This document shows, piece after piece, positions 31,101 to 46,620 of a stretch of DNA of 64,000 nt. Location: assembly GCA_964016885.1 (NCBI GenBank), contig OZ024743.1:209436001-209500000 (forward strand), read 5' to 3'. The notes under the pieces are model-generated. The model was not told the DNA's origin and searched no databases. It was given only the letters and a program-made list of their open reading frames with translations. A program made the position numbers and the translations under genes. Within the stretch, counting starts at the first letter, position 1, and each line of letters starts with the position of its first letter. Source of the DNA: Eledone cirrhosa. Lineage: Eukaryota.

Positions 31101-31900
31101 ACATGAAAGCTCTTCTCTCCATAAGATATACCACAATTTACCATCCTATATCCACAAATGAAAGCTCTTCACTCCATAAGATATACCACAGTTTACCATC
31201 CTATAGCCAGATGAAAGCTCTTCACTCCATAAGATATACCACAGTTTACCATCCTATAGCTACACATGAAAGCTCTTCACTCCATAAGATGTACCACAAT
31301 TTACCATCCTATATCCACAAATGAAAGCTCTTCACTCCATAAGATATACCACAGTTTACCATCCTATAGCCACACATGAAAGTTGTTCACTCCATAAGAT
31401 ATACGACAGTTTACCATCCTATAGCCACAGATGAAAGCTGTTCACTCCATAAGATATACGACAGTTTACCATCCTATAGCCACAGATGAAAGCTGTTCAC
31501 TCCATAAGATATACCACAGTTTACCATCCTATAGCCAGATGAAAGCTCTTCACTCCATAAGATATACCACAGTTTACCATCCTATAGCCACAGATGAAAG
31601 CTGTTCACTCCATAAGATATACCACAGTTTACCATCCTATAGCCACGCCACGGATGAAAGCTCTTCACTCCATAAGATATACCACAGTTTACCATCCTAT
31701 AGCCACAGATGAAAGCTGTTCACTCCATAAGATATACGACAGTTTACCATCCTATAGCCAGATGAAAGCTCTTCACTCCATAAGATATACCACAGTTTAC
31801 CATCCTATAGCCACAGATGAAAGCTCTTCACTCCATAAAATATACCACAGTTTACCATCCTATAGCCACAGATGAAAGCTCTTTACTCCATAAGATACAC
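25190..31900 (+). repeat. Mosaic of partially duplicated sub-blocks (offsets about 3530, 2373 and 2150 bp)
   Basis: 25475/25751/25914 recur at 29005/29281/29444 (+3530, shared cacgccatatgatatacc). 28007/28728 recur at 30380/31103 (+2373/+2375). 29281/29444 recur at 31431/31594 (+2150). Confidence 0.75.
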
Positions 31901-34900
31901 CTCAGTTTACCATCCTATAGCTACACATGAGAGCTCTTCACTCCATAAGATATACCACAGTTTACCATCCTATAGCCACAGATGAGAGCTCTTCACTCCA
32001 TAAGATATACCACAGTTTACAATCCTATGGCCACACATGAAAGCTTTTCACTCCATAATATATTCCACAGTTTACCATCCTATAGCCTTACATGAGAGCT
32101 CTTCACTCCATAAGATATACCACTGTTTACCATCCTATGGCCACACATGAAAGCTCTTCACTCCATAAGATATACCACAGTTTACCATCCTATAGCCAGA
32201 TGAAAGCTCTTCACTTCATAAGATATACCACAGTTTACCATCCTATAGCCACGCCACGGATGAAAGCACTTCATTCCATAAGATATACCACAGTTTACAA
32301 TCCTATAGCCACACATGAAAGCTCTTCACTCCATAAGATATACCACAGTTTACCATCCTATAGCCACGCCACAGATGAAAGCTCTTCACTCCATAAGATA
32401 TACCACAGTTTACAATCCTATAGCCACAGATGAAAGCTCTTCACTCCATAAGATATACCACAGTTTACCATCCTATTGCCACACATGAAAGCTCTTCACT
32501 CCATAAGATATACCTCAGTTTACCATCCTATAGCCACAGATGAAAGCTCTTCACTCCATAAGATATAACACAGTTTACCATCCTATAGCCACACATGAGA
32601 GCTCTTCACTCCATAAGATATACCACAGTTTACCATCCTATAGCCACACATGAAAGCTCTTCACTCCATAAGATATACCACAGTTTACCATCCTATAGCC
32701 ACACATGAAAGCTCTTCACTCCATAAAATATACCACAGTTTACCATCATATAGCCACACATGAGAGCTCTTCACCCCATAAGATATACCACAGTTTACCA
32801 TCCTATAGCCAGATGAAAGCTCTTCACTCCGTGAAATATACCACAGTTTACCATCCTGTAGCCACACATAAGAGCTCTTCACTCCATAAGATATACCACA
32901 GTTTACCATTCTATAGCCACACATGAGAGCTCTTCACTCCATAAGATATACCACAGTTTACAATCCTATGGCCACACATGAAAGCTCTTCACTCCATAAT
33001 ATATTCCACAGTTTACCATCCTATAGCCTTACATGAAAGCTCTTCACTCCATAAGATATATCACTGTTTACCATCCTATGGCCACACATGAAAGCTCTTC
33101 ACTCCATAAGATATACCACAGTTTACCATCCTATAGCCACACATGAAAGCTCTTCACTCCATAAGATATACCACAGTTTACCATCCTATAGCCACGCCAC
33201 GGATGAAAGCTCTTCACTCCATGAGATATACCACAGTTTACAATCCTATAGCCACAGATGAAAGCTCTTCACTCCATAAGATATACCACAGTTTACCATC
33301 CTATTGCCACACATGAAAGCTCTTCACTCCATAAGATATAGCACAGTTTACCATCCTATAGGCACACATGAAAGCTCTTCACTGCATAAGATATAGCACA
33401 GTTTACCATTCTATAGCCAGATGAATGCTCTTCACTCCATAAGATATACGACAGTTTACCATCCTATAGCCACACATGAAATCTCTTCACTTCATAAGAT
33501 ATACCACAGTTTACCATCCTATGTCCACACATGAAAGCTCTTCACGCCATAAGATATAACTCAGTTTACCATCCTATAGCCACAGATGAAAGCTCTTCAC
33601 TCCATAAGATATACCACAGTTTACCATCCTATAGCCACACATGAGAGCTCTTCACTCCATAAGATATACCACAGTTTACCATCCTATAGCCACGCCACGG
33701 ATGAAAGCACTTCACTCCATAAGATATACCACAGTTTACCATCCTATAGCCACACATGAGAGCTCTTCACTCAATAAAATATACCACAGTTTACCATCCT
33801 ACAGCCACACATGAGAGCTCTTCACTCCATAAGATATACAACAGTTTACCATCCTATAGCCATACATGAAAGCTCTTCACTCCATGAGATATACCACTGT
33901 TTACCATCCTATAGCCACACATGAGAGCTCTTCACTCCATAAGATATACCACAGTTTACCATCCTATAGCCACACATGAAAGCTCTTCACTCCGTAAAAT
34001 ATACCACAGTGTACCATCCTGTAGCCACACATGAGAGCTCTTCACTCCATAAGATATACCACAGTTTACCATCCTATAGCCACAGATGAGAGCTCTTCAC
34101 CCCATAAGATATACCACAGTTTACCATCCTATAGCCACACATGAAAGCTCTTCACTCCATAATATATTCCACAGTTTACCATCCTATAGCCTTACATTAG
34201 AGCTCTTCACTCCATAAGATATACCACTGTTTACCATCCTATGGCCACACATGAAAGCTCTTCACTCTATAAGATATACCACAGTTTACCATCCTATAGC
34301 CAGATGAAAGCTCTTCACTCCATAAGATATACCACACTTTACCATCCTATAGCCACGACACGGATGAAAGCACTTCATTCCATAAGATATACCACAGTTT
34401 ACAATCCTATAGCCACACATGAAAGCTCTTCACTCCATAAGATATACCACAGTTTACCATCCTATAGCCACACATGAAAGCTCTTCACTCCATAAGATAT
34501 ACCACAGTTTACCATCCTATAGCCACGCCACAGATGAAAGCTCTTCACTCCATAAGATATACCACAGTTTACAATCCTATAGCCACAGATGAAAGCTCTT
34601 CACTCCATAAGATATACCACAGTTGACCATCCTATTGCCACACATGAAAGCTCTTCACTCCATAAGATATAGCACAGTTTACCATCCTATAGGCACACAT
34701 GAAAGCTCTTCACTCCATAAGATATAGCACAGTTTACCATCCTATAGCCAGATGAATGCTCTTCACTCCATAAGATATACGACAGTTTACCATCCTATAG
34801 CCACACATGAAATCTCTTCACTCCATAAGATATACCTCAGTTTACCATCCTATAGCCACAGATGAAAGCTCTTCACTCCATAAGATATACCACAGTTTAC

Positions 34901-37900
34901 CATCCTATAGCCACACATGAAAGCTCTTCACGCCATAAGATATACCACAGTTTACCATCCTATAGCCACAGATGAAAGCTCTTCACTCCATAAGATAAAC
35001 CACAGTTTACCATCATATAGCCACACATGAGAGCTCTTCACTCCATAAGATATACCACAGTTTACCATCCTATAGCCACACATGAGAGCTCTTCACCCCA
35101 TAAGATATACCACAGTTTACCATCCTATAGCCAGATGAAAGCTCTTCACTCCGTAAAATATACCACAGTGTACCATCCTGTAGCCACACATGAGAGCTCT
35201 TCACTCCATAAGATATACCACAGTTTACCATCCTATAGCTACAGATGAGAGCTCTTCACTCCATAAGATATACCACAGTTTACAATCCTATGGCCACACA
35301 TGAAAGCTCTTCACTCCATAATATATTCCACAGTTTACCATCCTATAGCCTTACATGAGAGCTCTTCACTCCATAAGATATACCACTGTTTACCATCCTA
35401 TGGCCACACATGAAAGCTCTTCACTCTATAAGATATACCACAATTTACCATCCTATAGCCAGATGAAAGCTCTTCACTCCATAAGATATACCACAGTTTA
35501 CCATCCTATAGCCACGCCACGGATGAAAGCACTTCATTCCATAAGATATACCACAGTTTACAATCCTATAGCCACACATGAAAGCTCTTCACTCCATAAG
35601 ATATACCACAGTTTACCATCCTATAGCCACACATGAAAGCTCTTCACTCCATAAGATATACCACAGTTTACCATCCTATAGCCACGCCACAGATGAAAGC
35701 TCTTCACTCCATAAGATCTACCACAGTTTACAATCCTATAGCCACAGATGAAAGCTCTTCACTCCATAAGATATACCACAGTTTACCATCCTATTGCCAC
35801 ACATGAAAGCTCTTCACTCCATAAGATATAGCACAGTTTACCATCCTATAGGCACACATGAAAGCTCTTCACTCCATAAGATATAGCACAGTTTACCATC
35901 CTATAGCCAGATGAATGCTCTTCACTCCATAAGATATACGACAGTTTACCATCCTATAGCCACACATGAAATCTCTTCACTCCATAAGATATACCTCAGT
36001 TTACCATCCTATAGCCACAGATGAAAGCTCTTCACTCCATAAGATATACCACAGTTTACCATCCTGTAGCCACACATGAAAGCTCTTCACGCCATAAGAT
36101 ATACCTCAGTTTACCATCCTATAGCCACAGATGAAAGCTCTGCACTCCATAAGATATACCACAGTTTACCATCCTATAGCCACACATGAGAGCTCTTCAC
36201 TCCATAAGATATACCACAGTTTACCATCCTATAGCCAGATGAAAGCTCTTCACTCCATAAAATATACCACAGTTTACCATCCTATAGCCACACATGAAAG
36301 CTCTTCACTCCATAAGATATAACACAGTTTACCATCCTATAGCCACACATGAGAGCTCTTCACCCCATAAGATATACCACAGTTTACCATCCTATAGCCA
36401 GATGAAAGCTCTTCACTCCGTAAAATATACCACAATTTACCATCCTGTAGCCACACATGAGAGCTCTTCACTCCATAAGATATACCACAGTTTACCATTC
36501 TATAGCCACACATGAGAGCTCTTCACTCCATAAGATATACCACTGTTTACCATCCTATGGCCACACATGAAAGCTCTTCACTCCATAAGATATACCACAG
36601 TTTACAATCCTATGGCCACACATGAAAGCTCTTCACTCCATAATATATTCCACAGTTTACCATCCTATAGCCTTACATGAAAGCTCTTCACTCCATAAGA
36701 TATACCACAGTTTACCATCCTATAGCCACACATGAAAGCTCTTCACTCCATAAAATATACCACAGTTTACCATCCTATAGCCACACATGAGAGCTCTTCA
36801 CCCCATAAGATATACCACACTTTACCATCCTATAGCCAGATGAAAGCTCTTCACTCCGTAAAATATACCACAGTTTACCATCCTGTAGCCACACATGAGG
36901 GCTCTTCACTCCATAAGATATACCACAGTTTACCATTCTATAGCCACACATGAGAGCTCTTCACTCCATAAGATATACCACAGTTTACCATCCTATAGCC
37001 AGATGAAAGCTCTTCACTCCATAAAATATACCACAGTTTACCATCCTATAGCCACACATGAAAGCTCTTCACTCCATAAGATATAACACAGTTTAACATC
37101 CTATAGCCACACATGAGAGCTCTTCACTCCATAAGATATACCACAGTTTACCATCCTATAGCCACACATGAAAGCTCTTCACTCCATAAGATATACCACA
37201 GTTTACCATTCTATAGCCACATATGAAAGCTCTTCACTCCATAAAATATACCACAGTTTACCATCCTATAGCCACACATGAGAGCTCTTCACCCCATAAG
37301 ATATACCACAGTTTACCATCCTATAGCCAGATGAAAGCTCTTCACTCCGTAAAATATACCACAGTTTACCATCCTGTAGCCACACATGAGAGCTCTTCAC
37401 TCCATAAGATATACCACAGTTTACCATTCTATAGCCACACATGAGAGCTCTTACTCCATAAGATATACCACTGTTTACCATCCTATGGCCACACATGAAA
37501 GCTCTTCACTCCATAAGATATACCACAGTTTACAATCCTATGGCCACACATGAAAGCTCTTCACTCCATAATATATTCCACAGTTTACCATCCTATAGCC
37601 TTACATGAGAGCTCTTCACTCCATGAGATATACCACTGTTTACCATCCTATGGCCACACATGAAAGCTCTTCACTCCATAACATATACCACAGTTTACCA
37701 TCCTATAGCCACACATGAAAAATCTTCACTCCATAAGATATACCACAGTTTACCATCCTATAGCCACGCCATGGATGAAAGCTCTTCACTCCATGAGATA
37801 TACCACAGTTTACAATCCTATAGCCACAGATGAAAGCTCTTCACTCCATAAGATATACCACAGTTTAACATCCTATTGCCACACATGAAAGCTCTTCTCT

Positions 37901-39749
37901 CCATAAGATATAGCACAGTTTACCATCCTATAGGCACACATGAAAGCTCTTCACTCCATAAGATATAGCACAGTTTACCATCCTATAGCCAGATGAATGC
38001 TCTTCACTCCATAAGATATACGACAGTTTACCATCCTATAGCCACACATGAAATCTCTTCACTCCATAAGTTATACCTCAGTTTACCATCCTATAGCCAC
38101 AGATGAAAGCTCTTCACTCCATAAGATATACCACAGTTTACCATCCTATAGCCACACATGAAAGCTCTTCACGCCATAAGATATACCTCAGTTTACCATC
38201 CTATAGCCACACATGAAATCTCTTCACTTCATAAGATATACCACAGTTTACCATCCTATAGCCACACATGAAACTCTTCACGCCATAAGATATACCTCAG
38301 TTTACCATCCTATAGCCACAGATGAAAGCTCTTCACTCCATAAGATATACCACAGTTTACCATCCTATAGCCACACATGAAAGCTATTCACGCCATAAGA
38401 TATACCACAGTTTACCATCCTATAGCCACATATGAAAGCTCTTCACTCCATAAGATAAACCACAGTTTACCATCCTATAGCCACACATGAGAGCTCTTCA
38501 CTCCATAAGATATACCACAGTTTACCATCCTGTGGCCACACATGAAAGATCTTCACCCCATAAGATATACCACAGTTTACCATCCTATAGCCAGATGAAA
38601 GCTCTTCACTCCGTAAAATATACCACAGTGTACCATCCTGTAGCCACACATGAGAGCTCTTCACTCCATAAGATATACCACAGTTTACCATCCTATAGCT
38701 ACAGATGAGAGCTCTTCACTCCATAAGATATACCACAGTTTACAATCCTATGGCCACACATGAAAGCTCTTCACTCCATAATATATTCCACAGTTTACCA
38801 TCCTATAGACTTACATGAGAGCTCTTCACTCCATAAGATATACCACAGTTTACAATCCTATAGCCACACATGAAAGCTCTTCACTCCATAAGATATACCA
38901 CAGTTAACCATCCCATAGCCACACATGAAAGCTCTTCACTCCATAAGATATACCACAGTTTACCATCCTATAGCCATGCCACAGATGAAAGCTCTTCACT
39001 CCATAAGATATACCACAGTTTACAATCCTATAGCCACAGATGAAAGCTCTTCACTCCATAAGATATACCACAGTTTACCATCCTATTGCCACACATGAAA
39101 GCTCTTCACTCCATAAGATATAGCACAGTTTACCATCCTATAGGCACACATGAAAGCTCTTCACTCCATAAGATATAGCACAGTTTACCATCCTATAGCC
39201 AGATGAATGCTCTTCACTCCATAAGATATACGACAGTTTACCATCCTATAGCCACACATGAAATCTCTTCACTCCATAAGATATACCTCAGTTTACCATC
39301 CTATAGCCACAGATGAAAGCTCTTCACTCCATAAGATATACCACAGTTTACCATCCTATAGCCACACATGAAAGCTCTTCACTCCATAAGATATAGCACA
39401 GTTTACCACCCTATAGCCAGATGAATACTCTTCACTCCATAAGATAAACGACAGTTTACCATCCTATAGCCACACATGAAATCTCTTCACTCCATAAGAT
39501 ATACCTCAGTTTACCATCCTATAGCCACAGATGAAAGCTCTTCACTCCATAAGATATACCACAGTTTACCATCCTATAGCCACACATGAAAGCTCTTCAC
39601 GCCATAAGATATACCTCAGTTTACCATCCTATAGCCACACATGAAATCTCTTCACTTCATAAGATATACCACAGTTTACCATCCTATAGCCACACATGAA
39701 AGCTCTTCACGCCATAAGATATACCTCAGTTTAGCATCCTATAGCCACA

Positions 39750-42700
39750 GATGAAAGCTCTTCACTCCATAAGATATACCACAGTTTACCATCCTATAGC
39801 CACACATGAAAGCTCTTCACGCCATAAGATATACCACAGTTTACCATCCTATAGCCACAGATGAAAGCTCTTCACTCCATAAGATAAACCACAGTTTACC
39901 ATCCTATAGCCACACATGAGAGCTCTTCACTCCATAAGATATACCACAGTTTACCATCCTGTGGCCACACATGAAAGCTCTTCACCCCATAAGATATACC
40001 ACAGTTTACCATCCTATAGCCAGATGAAAGCTCTTCACTCCGTAAAATATACCACAGTGTACCATCCTGTAGCCACACATGAGAGCTCTTCACTCCATAA
40101 GATATACCACAGTTTACCATCCTATAGCCACAGATGAGAGCTCTTCACTCCATAAGATATACCACAGTTTACAATCCTATGGCCACACATGAAAGCTCTT
40201 CACTCCATAATATATTCCACAGTTTACCATCCTATAGCCTTACATGAGAGCTCTTCACTCCATAAGATATACCACTGTTTACCATCCTATGGCCACACAT
40301 GAAAGCTCTTCACTCCATAAGATATACCACAGTTTACCATCCTATAGCCACGCCACGGATGAAAGCACTTCATTCCATAAGATATACCACAGTTTACCAT
40401 CCTATAGCCACATATGAAAGATGAAAGCACTTCATTCCATAAGATATACTACAGTTTACAATCCTATAGCCACACATGAAAGCTCTTCACTCCATAAGAT
40501 ATACCACAGTTTACCATCCTATTGCCACACATGAAAGCTCTTCACTCCATAAGATATACCACAGTTTACCATCCTATAGCCACGCAACAGATGAAAGCTC
40601 TTCACTCCATAAGATATACCACAGTTTACAATCCTATAGCCACAGATGAAAGCTCTTCACTCCATAAGATATACCACAGTTTACCATCCTATTGCCACAC
40701 ATGAAAGCTCTTCACTCTATAAGATATAGCACAGTTTACCATCCTAGAGGCACACATGAAAGCTCTTCACGCCATAAGATATACCTCAGTTTACCATCCT
40801 ATAGCCGCAGATGAAAGCTCTGCACTCCATAAGATATACCACAGTTTACCATCCTATAGCCACACATGAGAGCTCTTCACTCCATAAGATATACCACAGT
40901 TTACCATCCTATAGCCAGATGAAAGCTCTTCACTCCATAAAATATACCACAGTTTACCATCCTATAGCCACACATGAAAGCTCTTCACTCCATAAGATAT
41001 AACACAGTTTACCATCCTATAGCCACACATGAGAGCTCTTCACTCCATAAGATATACCACAGTTTACCATCCTATAGCCACACATGAAAGCTCTTCACTC
41101 CATAAGATATACCACAGTTTACCATCCTATAGCCACACATGAAAGCTCTTCACTCCATAAAATATACCACAGTTTACCATCCTATAGCCACACATGAGAG
41201 CTCTTCACCCCATAAGATATACCACAGTTTACCATCCTATAGCCAGATGAAAGCTCTTCACTCCGTAAAATATACCACAGTTTACCATCCTGTAGCCACA
41301 CATGAGAGCTCTTCACTCCATAAGATATACCACAGTTTACCATTCTATAGCCACACATGAGAGCTCTTTACTCCATAAGATATACCACTGTTTACCATCC
41401 TATGGCCACACATGAAAGCTCTTCACTCCATAAGATATACCACAGTTTACAATCCTATGGCCACACATGAAAGCTCTTCACTCCATAATATATTCCACAG
41501 TTTACCATCCTATAGCCTTACATGAAAGCTCTTCACTCCATAAGATATACCACAGTTTACCATCCTATAGCCACAGATGAGAGCTCTTCACTCCATAAGA
41601 TATACCACAGTTTACAATCCTATGGCCACACATGAAAGCTCTTCACTCCATAATATATTCCACAGTTTACCATCCTATAGCCTTACATGAGAGCTCTTCA
41701 CTCCATAAGATATACCACTGTTTACCATCCTGTGGCCACACATGAAAGCTCTTCACTCCATAAGATATACCACAGTTTACCATCCTATAGCCAGATGAAA
41801 GCTCTTCACTACATAAGATATACCACAGTTTACCATCCTATAGCCACGCCACGGATGAAAGCACTTCATTCCATAAGATATACCACAGTTTACAATCCTA
41901 TAGCCACACATGAAAGCTCTTCACTCCATAAGATATAGCACAGTTTACCATCCTATAGCCACACATGAAAGCTCTTCACTCCATAAGATATACCACAGTT
42001 TACCATCCTATAGACACGCCACAGATGAAAGCTCTTCACTCCATAAGATATACCACAGTTTACAATCCTATAGCCACAGATGAAAGCTCTTCACTCCATA
42101 AGATATACCACAGTTTACCATCCTATTGCCACACATGAAAGCTCTTCACTCCATAAGATATAGCACAGTTTACCATCCTATAGCCAGATGAATGCTCTTC
42201 ACTCCATAAGATATACGACAGTTTACCATCCTATAGCCACACATGAAATCTCTTCACTCCATAAGATATACCACAGTTTACCATTCTATAGCCACACATG
42301 AGAGCTCTTCACTCCATAAGATATACCACTGTTTACCATCCTATGGCCACACATGAAAGCTCTTCACTCCATAAGATATACCACAGTTTACAATCCTATG
42401 GCCACACATGAAAGCTCTTCACTCCATAATATATTCCACAGTTTACCATCCTCTAGCCTTACATGAAAGCTCTTCACTCCATAAGATATACCACTGTTTA
42501 CCATCCTATGGCCACACATGAAAGCTCTTCACTACATAAGATATACCACAGTTTACCATCCTATAGCCACACATGAAAGCTCTTCACTCCATGAGATATA
42601 CCACAGTTTACCATCCTATATCCACGCCACGGATGAAAGCTCTTCACTCCATGAGATATACCACAGTTTACAATCCTATAGCCACAGATGAAAGCTCTTC

Positions 42701-45700
42701 ACTCCATAAGATATACCACAGTTTACCATCCTATTGCCACACATGAAAGCTCTTCACTCCATAAGATATAGCACAGTTTACCATCCTATAGGCACACATG
42801 AAAGCTCTTCACTCCATAAGATATAGTACAGTTTACCATCCTATAGCCACACATGAAATCTCTTCACTTCATAAGATATACCACAGTTTACCATCCTATA
42901 GCCACACATGAAAGCTCTTCACGCCATAAGATATACCTCAGTTTACCATCCTATAGCCACAGATGAAAGCTCTTCACTCCATAAGATATACCACAGTTTA
43001 CCATCCTATAGCCACACATGAAATCTCTTCACTTCATAAGATATACCACAGTTTACCATCCTATAGCCACACATGAAAGCTCTTCACGCCATAAGATATA
43101 CCTCAGTTTACCATCCTATAGCCACAGATGAAAGCTCTTCACCCCATAAGATATACCACAGTTTACCATCCTATAGCCAGATGAATGCTCTTCACTCCAT
43201 AAGATATACCACAGCTTACCATCCTATAGCCACACATGAAATCACTTCACTCCATAAGATATACCTCAGTTTACCATCCTATAGCCACAGATGAAAGCTC
43301 TTCACTCCATAAGATATACCACAGTTTACCATCCTATAGCCACACATGAAAGCTCTTCACGCCATAAGATATACCACAGTTTACCATCCTATAGCCACAG
43401 ATGAAAGCTCTTCACTCCATAAGATAAACCACAGTTTACCATCCTATAGCCACACATGAGAGCTCTTCACTCCATAAGATATACCACAGTTTACCATCCT
43501 GTGGCCACACATGAAAGCTCTTCACCCCATAAGATATACCACAGTTTACCATCCTATAGCCAGATGAAAGCTCTTCACTCCGTAAAATATATCACAGTGT
43601 ACCATCCTGTAGCCACACATGAGAGCTCTTCACTCCATAAGATATACCACAGTTTACCATCCTATAGCCACAGATGAGAGCTCTTCACTCCATAAGATAT
43701 ACCACAGTTTACAATCCTATGGCCACACATGAAAGCTCTTCACTCCATAATATATTCCACAGTTTACCATCCTATAGCCTTACATGAGAGCTCTTCACTC
43801 CATAAGATATACCACTGTTTACCATCCTATGGCCACACATGAAAGCTCTTCACTCCATAAGATATACCACAGTTTACCATCCTATAGCCACGCCACGGAT
43901 GAAAGCACTTCATTCCATAAGATATACCACAGTTTACCATCCTATAGCCACATATGAAAGATGGAAGCACTTCATTCCATAACATATACTACAGTTTACA
44001 ATCCTATAGCCACACATGAAAGCTCTTCACTCCATAAGATATACCACAGTTTACCATCCTATAGCCACACATGAAAGCTCTTCACTCCATAAGATATACC
44101 ACAGTTTACCATCCTATAGCCACGCAACAGATGAAAGCTCTTCACTCCATAAGATATACCACAGTTTACAATCCTATAGCCACAGATGAAAGCTCTTCAC
44201 TCCATAAGATATACCACAGTTTACCATCCTATTGCCACACATGAAAGCTCTTCACTCCATAAGATATAGCACAGTTTACCATCCTATAGGCACACATGAA
44301 AGCTCTTCACGCCATAAGATATACCTCAGTTTACCATCCTATAGCCACAGATGAAAGCTCTGCACTCCATAAGATATACCACAGTTTACCATCCTATAGC
44401 CACACATGAGAGCTCTTCACTCCATAAGATATACCACAGTTTACCATCCTATAGCCAGATGAAAGCTCTTCACTCCATAAAATATACCACAGTTTACCAT
44501 CCTATAGCCACACATGAAAGCTCTTCACTCCATAAGATATAACACAGTTTACCATCCTATAGCCACACATGAGAGCTCTTCACTCCATAAGATATACCAC
44601 AGTTTACCATCCTATAGCCCCACATGAAAGCTCTTCACTCCATAAGATATACCACAGTTTACCATCCTATAGCCACACATGAAAGCTCTTCACTCCATAA
44701 AATATACCACAGTTTACCATCCTATAGCCACACATGAGAGCTCTTCACCCCATAAGATATACCACAGTTTACCATCCTATAGCCAGATGAAAGCTCTTCA
44801 CTCCGTAAAATATACCACAGTTTACCATCCTGTAGCCACACATGAGAGCTCTTCACTCCATAAGATATACCACAGTTTACCATTCTATAGCCACACATGA
44901 GAGCTCTTCACTCCATAAGATATACCACTGTTTACCATCCTATGGCCACACATGAAAGCTCTTCACTCCATAAGATATACCACAGTTTACAATCCTATGG
45001 CCACACATGAAAGCTCTTCACTCCATAATATATTCCACAGTTTACCATCCTATAGCCTTACATGAAAGCTCTTCACTCCATAAGATATACCACAGTTTAC
45101 CATCCTATAGCCACAGATGAGAGCTCTTCACTCCATAACATATACCACAGTTTACAATCCGATGGCCACACATGAAAGCTCTTCACTCCATAATATATTC
45201 CACAGTTTACCATCCTATAGCCTTACATGAGAGCTCTTCACTCCATAAGATATACCACTGTTTACCATCCTATGGCCACACATGAAAGCTCTTCACTCCA
45301 TAAGATATACCACAGTTTACCATCCTATAGCCAGATGAAAGCTCTTCACTACATAAGATATACCACAGTTTACCATCCTATAGCCACGCCACGGATGAAA
45401 GCACTTCATTCCATAAGATATACCACAGTTTACAATCCTATAGCCACACATGAAAGCTCTTCACTCCATAAGATATAGCACAGTTTACCATCCTATAGCC
45501 ACACATGAAAGCTCTTCACTCCATAAGATATACCACAGTTTACCATCCTATAGCCACGCCACAGATGAAAGCTCTTCACTCCATAAGATATACCACAGTT
45601 TACAATCCTATAGCCACAGATGAAAGCTCTTCACTCCATAAGATATACCACAGTTTACCATCCTATTGCCACACATGAAAGCTCTTCACTCCATAAGATA

Positions 45701-46620
45701 TAGCACAGTTTACCATCCTATAGCCAGATGAATGCTCTTCACTCCATAAGATATACGACAGTTTACCATCCTATAGCCACACATGAAATCTCTTCACTCC
45801 ATAAGATATACCACAGTTTACCATTCTATAGCCACACATGAGAGCTCTTCACTCCATAAGATATACCACTGTTTACCATCCTATGGCCACACATGAAAGC
45901 TCTTCACCCCATAAGATATACCACAGTTTACAATCCTATGGCCACACATGAAAGCTCTTCACTCCATAATATATTCCACAGTTTACCATCCTATAGCCTT
46001 ACATGAAAGCTCTTCACTCCATAAGATATACCACTGTTTACCATCCTATGGCCACACATGAAAGCTCTTCACTCCATAAGATATACCACAGTTTACCATC
46101 CTATAGCCACACATGAAAGCTCTTCACTCCATAAGATATACCACAGTTTACCATCCTATATCCACGCCACGGATGAAAGCTCTTCACTCCATGAGATATA
46201 CCACAGTTTACAATCCTATAGCCACAGATGAAAGCTCTTCACTCCATAAGATATACCACAGTTTACCATCCTATTGCCACACATGAAAGCTCTTCACTCC
46301 ATAAGATATAGCACAGTTTACCATCCTATAGGCACACATGAAAGCTCTTCACTCCATAAGATATAGTACAGTTTACCATCCTATAGCCACACATGAAATC
46401 TCTTCACTTCATAAGATATACCACAGTTTACCATCCTATAGCCACACATGAAAGCTCTTCACGCCATAAGATATACCTCAGTTTACCATCCTATAGCCAC
46501 AGATGAAAGCTCTTCACTCCATAAGATATACCACAGTTTACCATCCTATAGCCACACATGAAATCTCTTCACTTCATAAGATATACCACAGTTTACCATC
46601 CTATAGCCACACATGAAATC
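39750..46620 (+). repeat. Near-perfect duplication at 3540-bp offset (about 39750-43080 and 43290-46620)
   Basis: Constant +3540 for ORFs 39916/40811/41139/41687 -> 43456/44351/44679/45227. Both copies carry the 7-bp ATGAAAG insertion (40414, 43954) and the variants cacgcaacag, tatccacgccac and atatagtaca. Confidence 0.93.
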
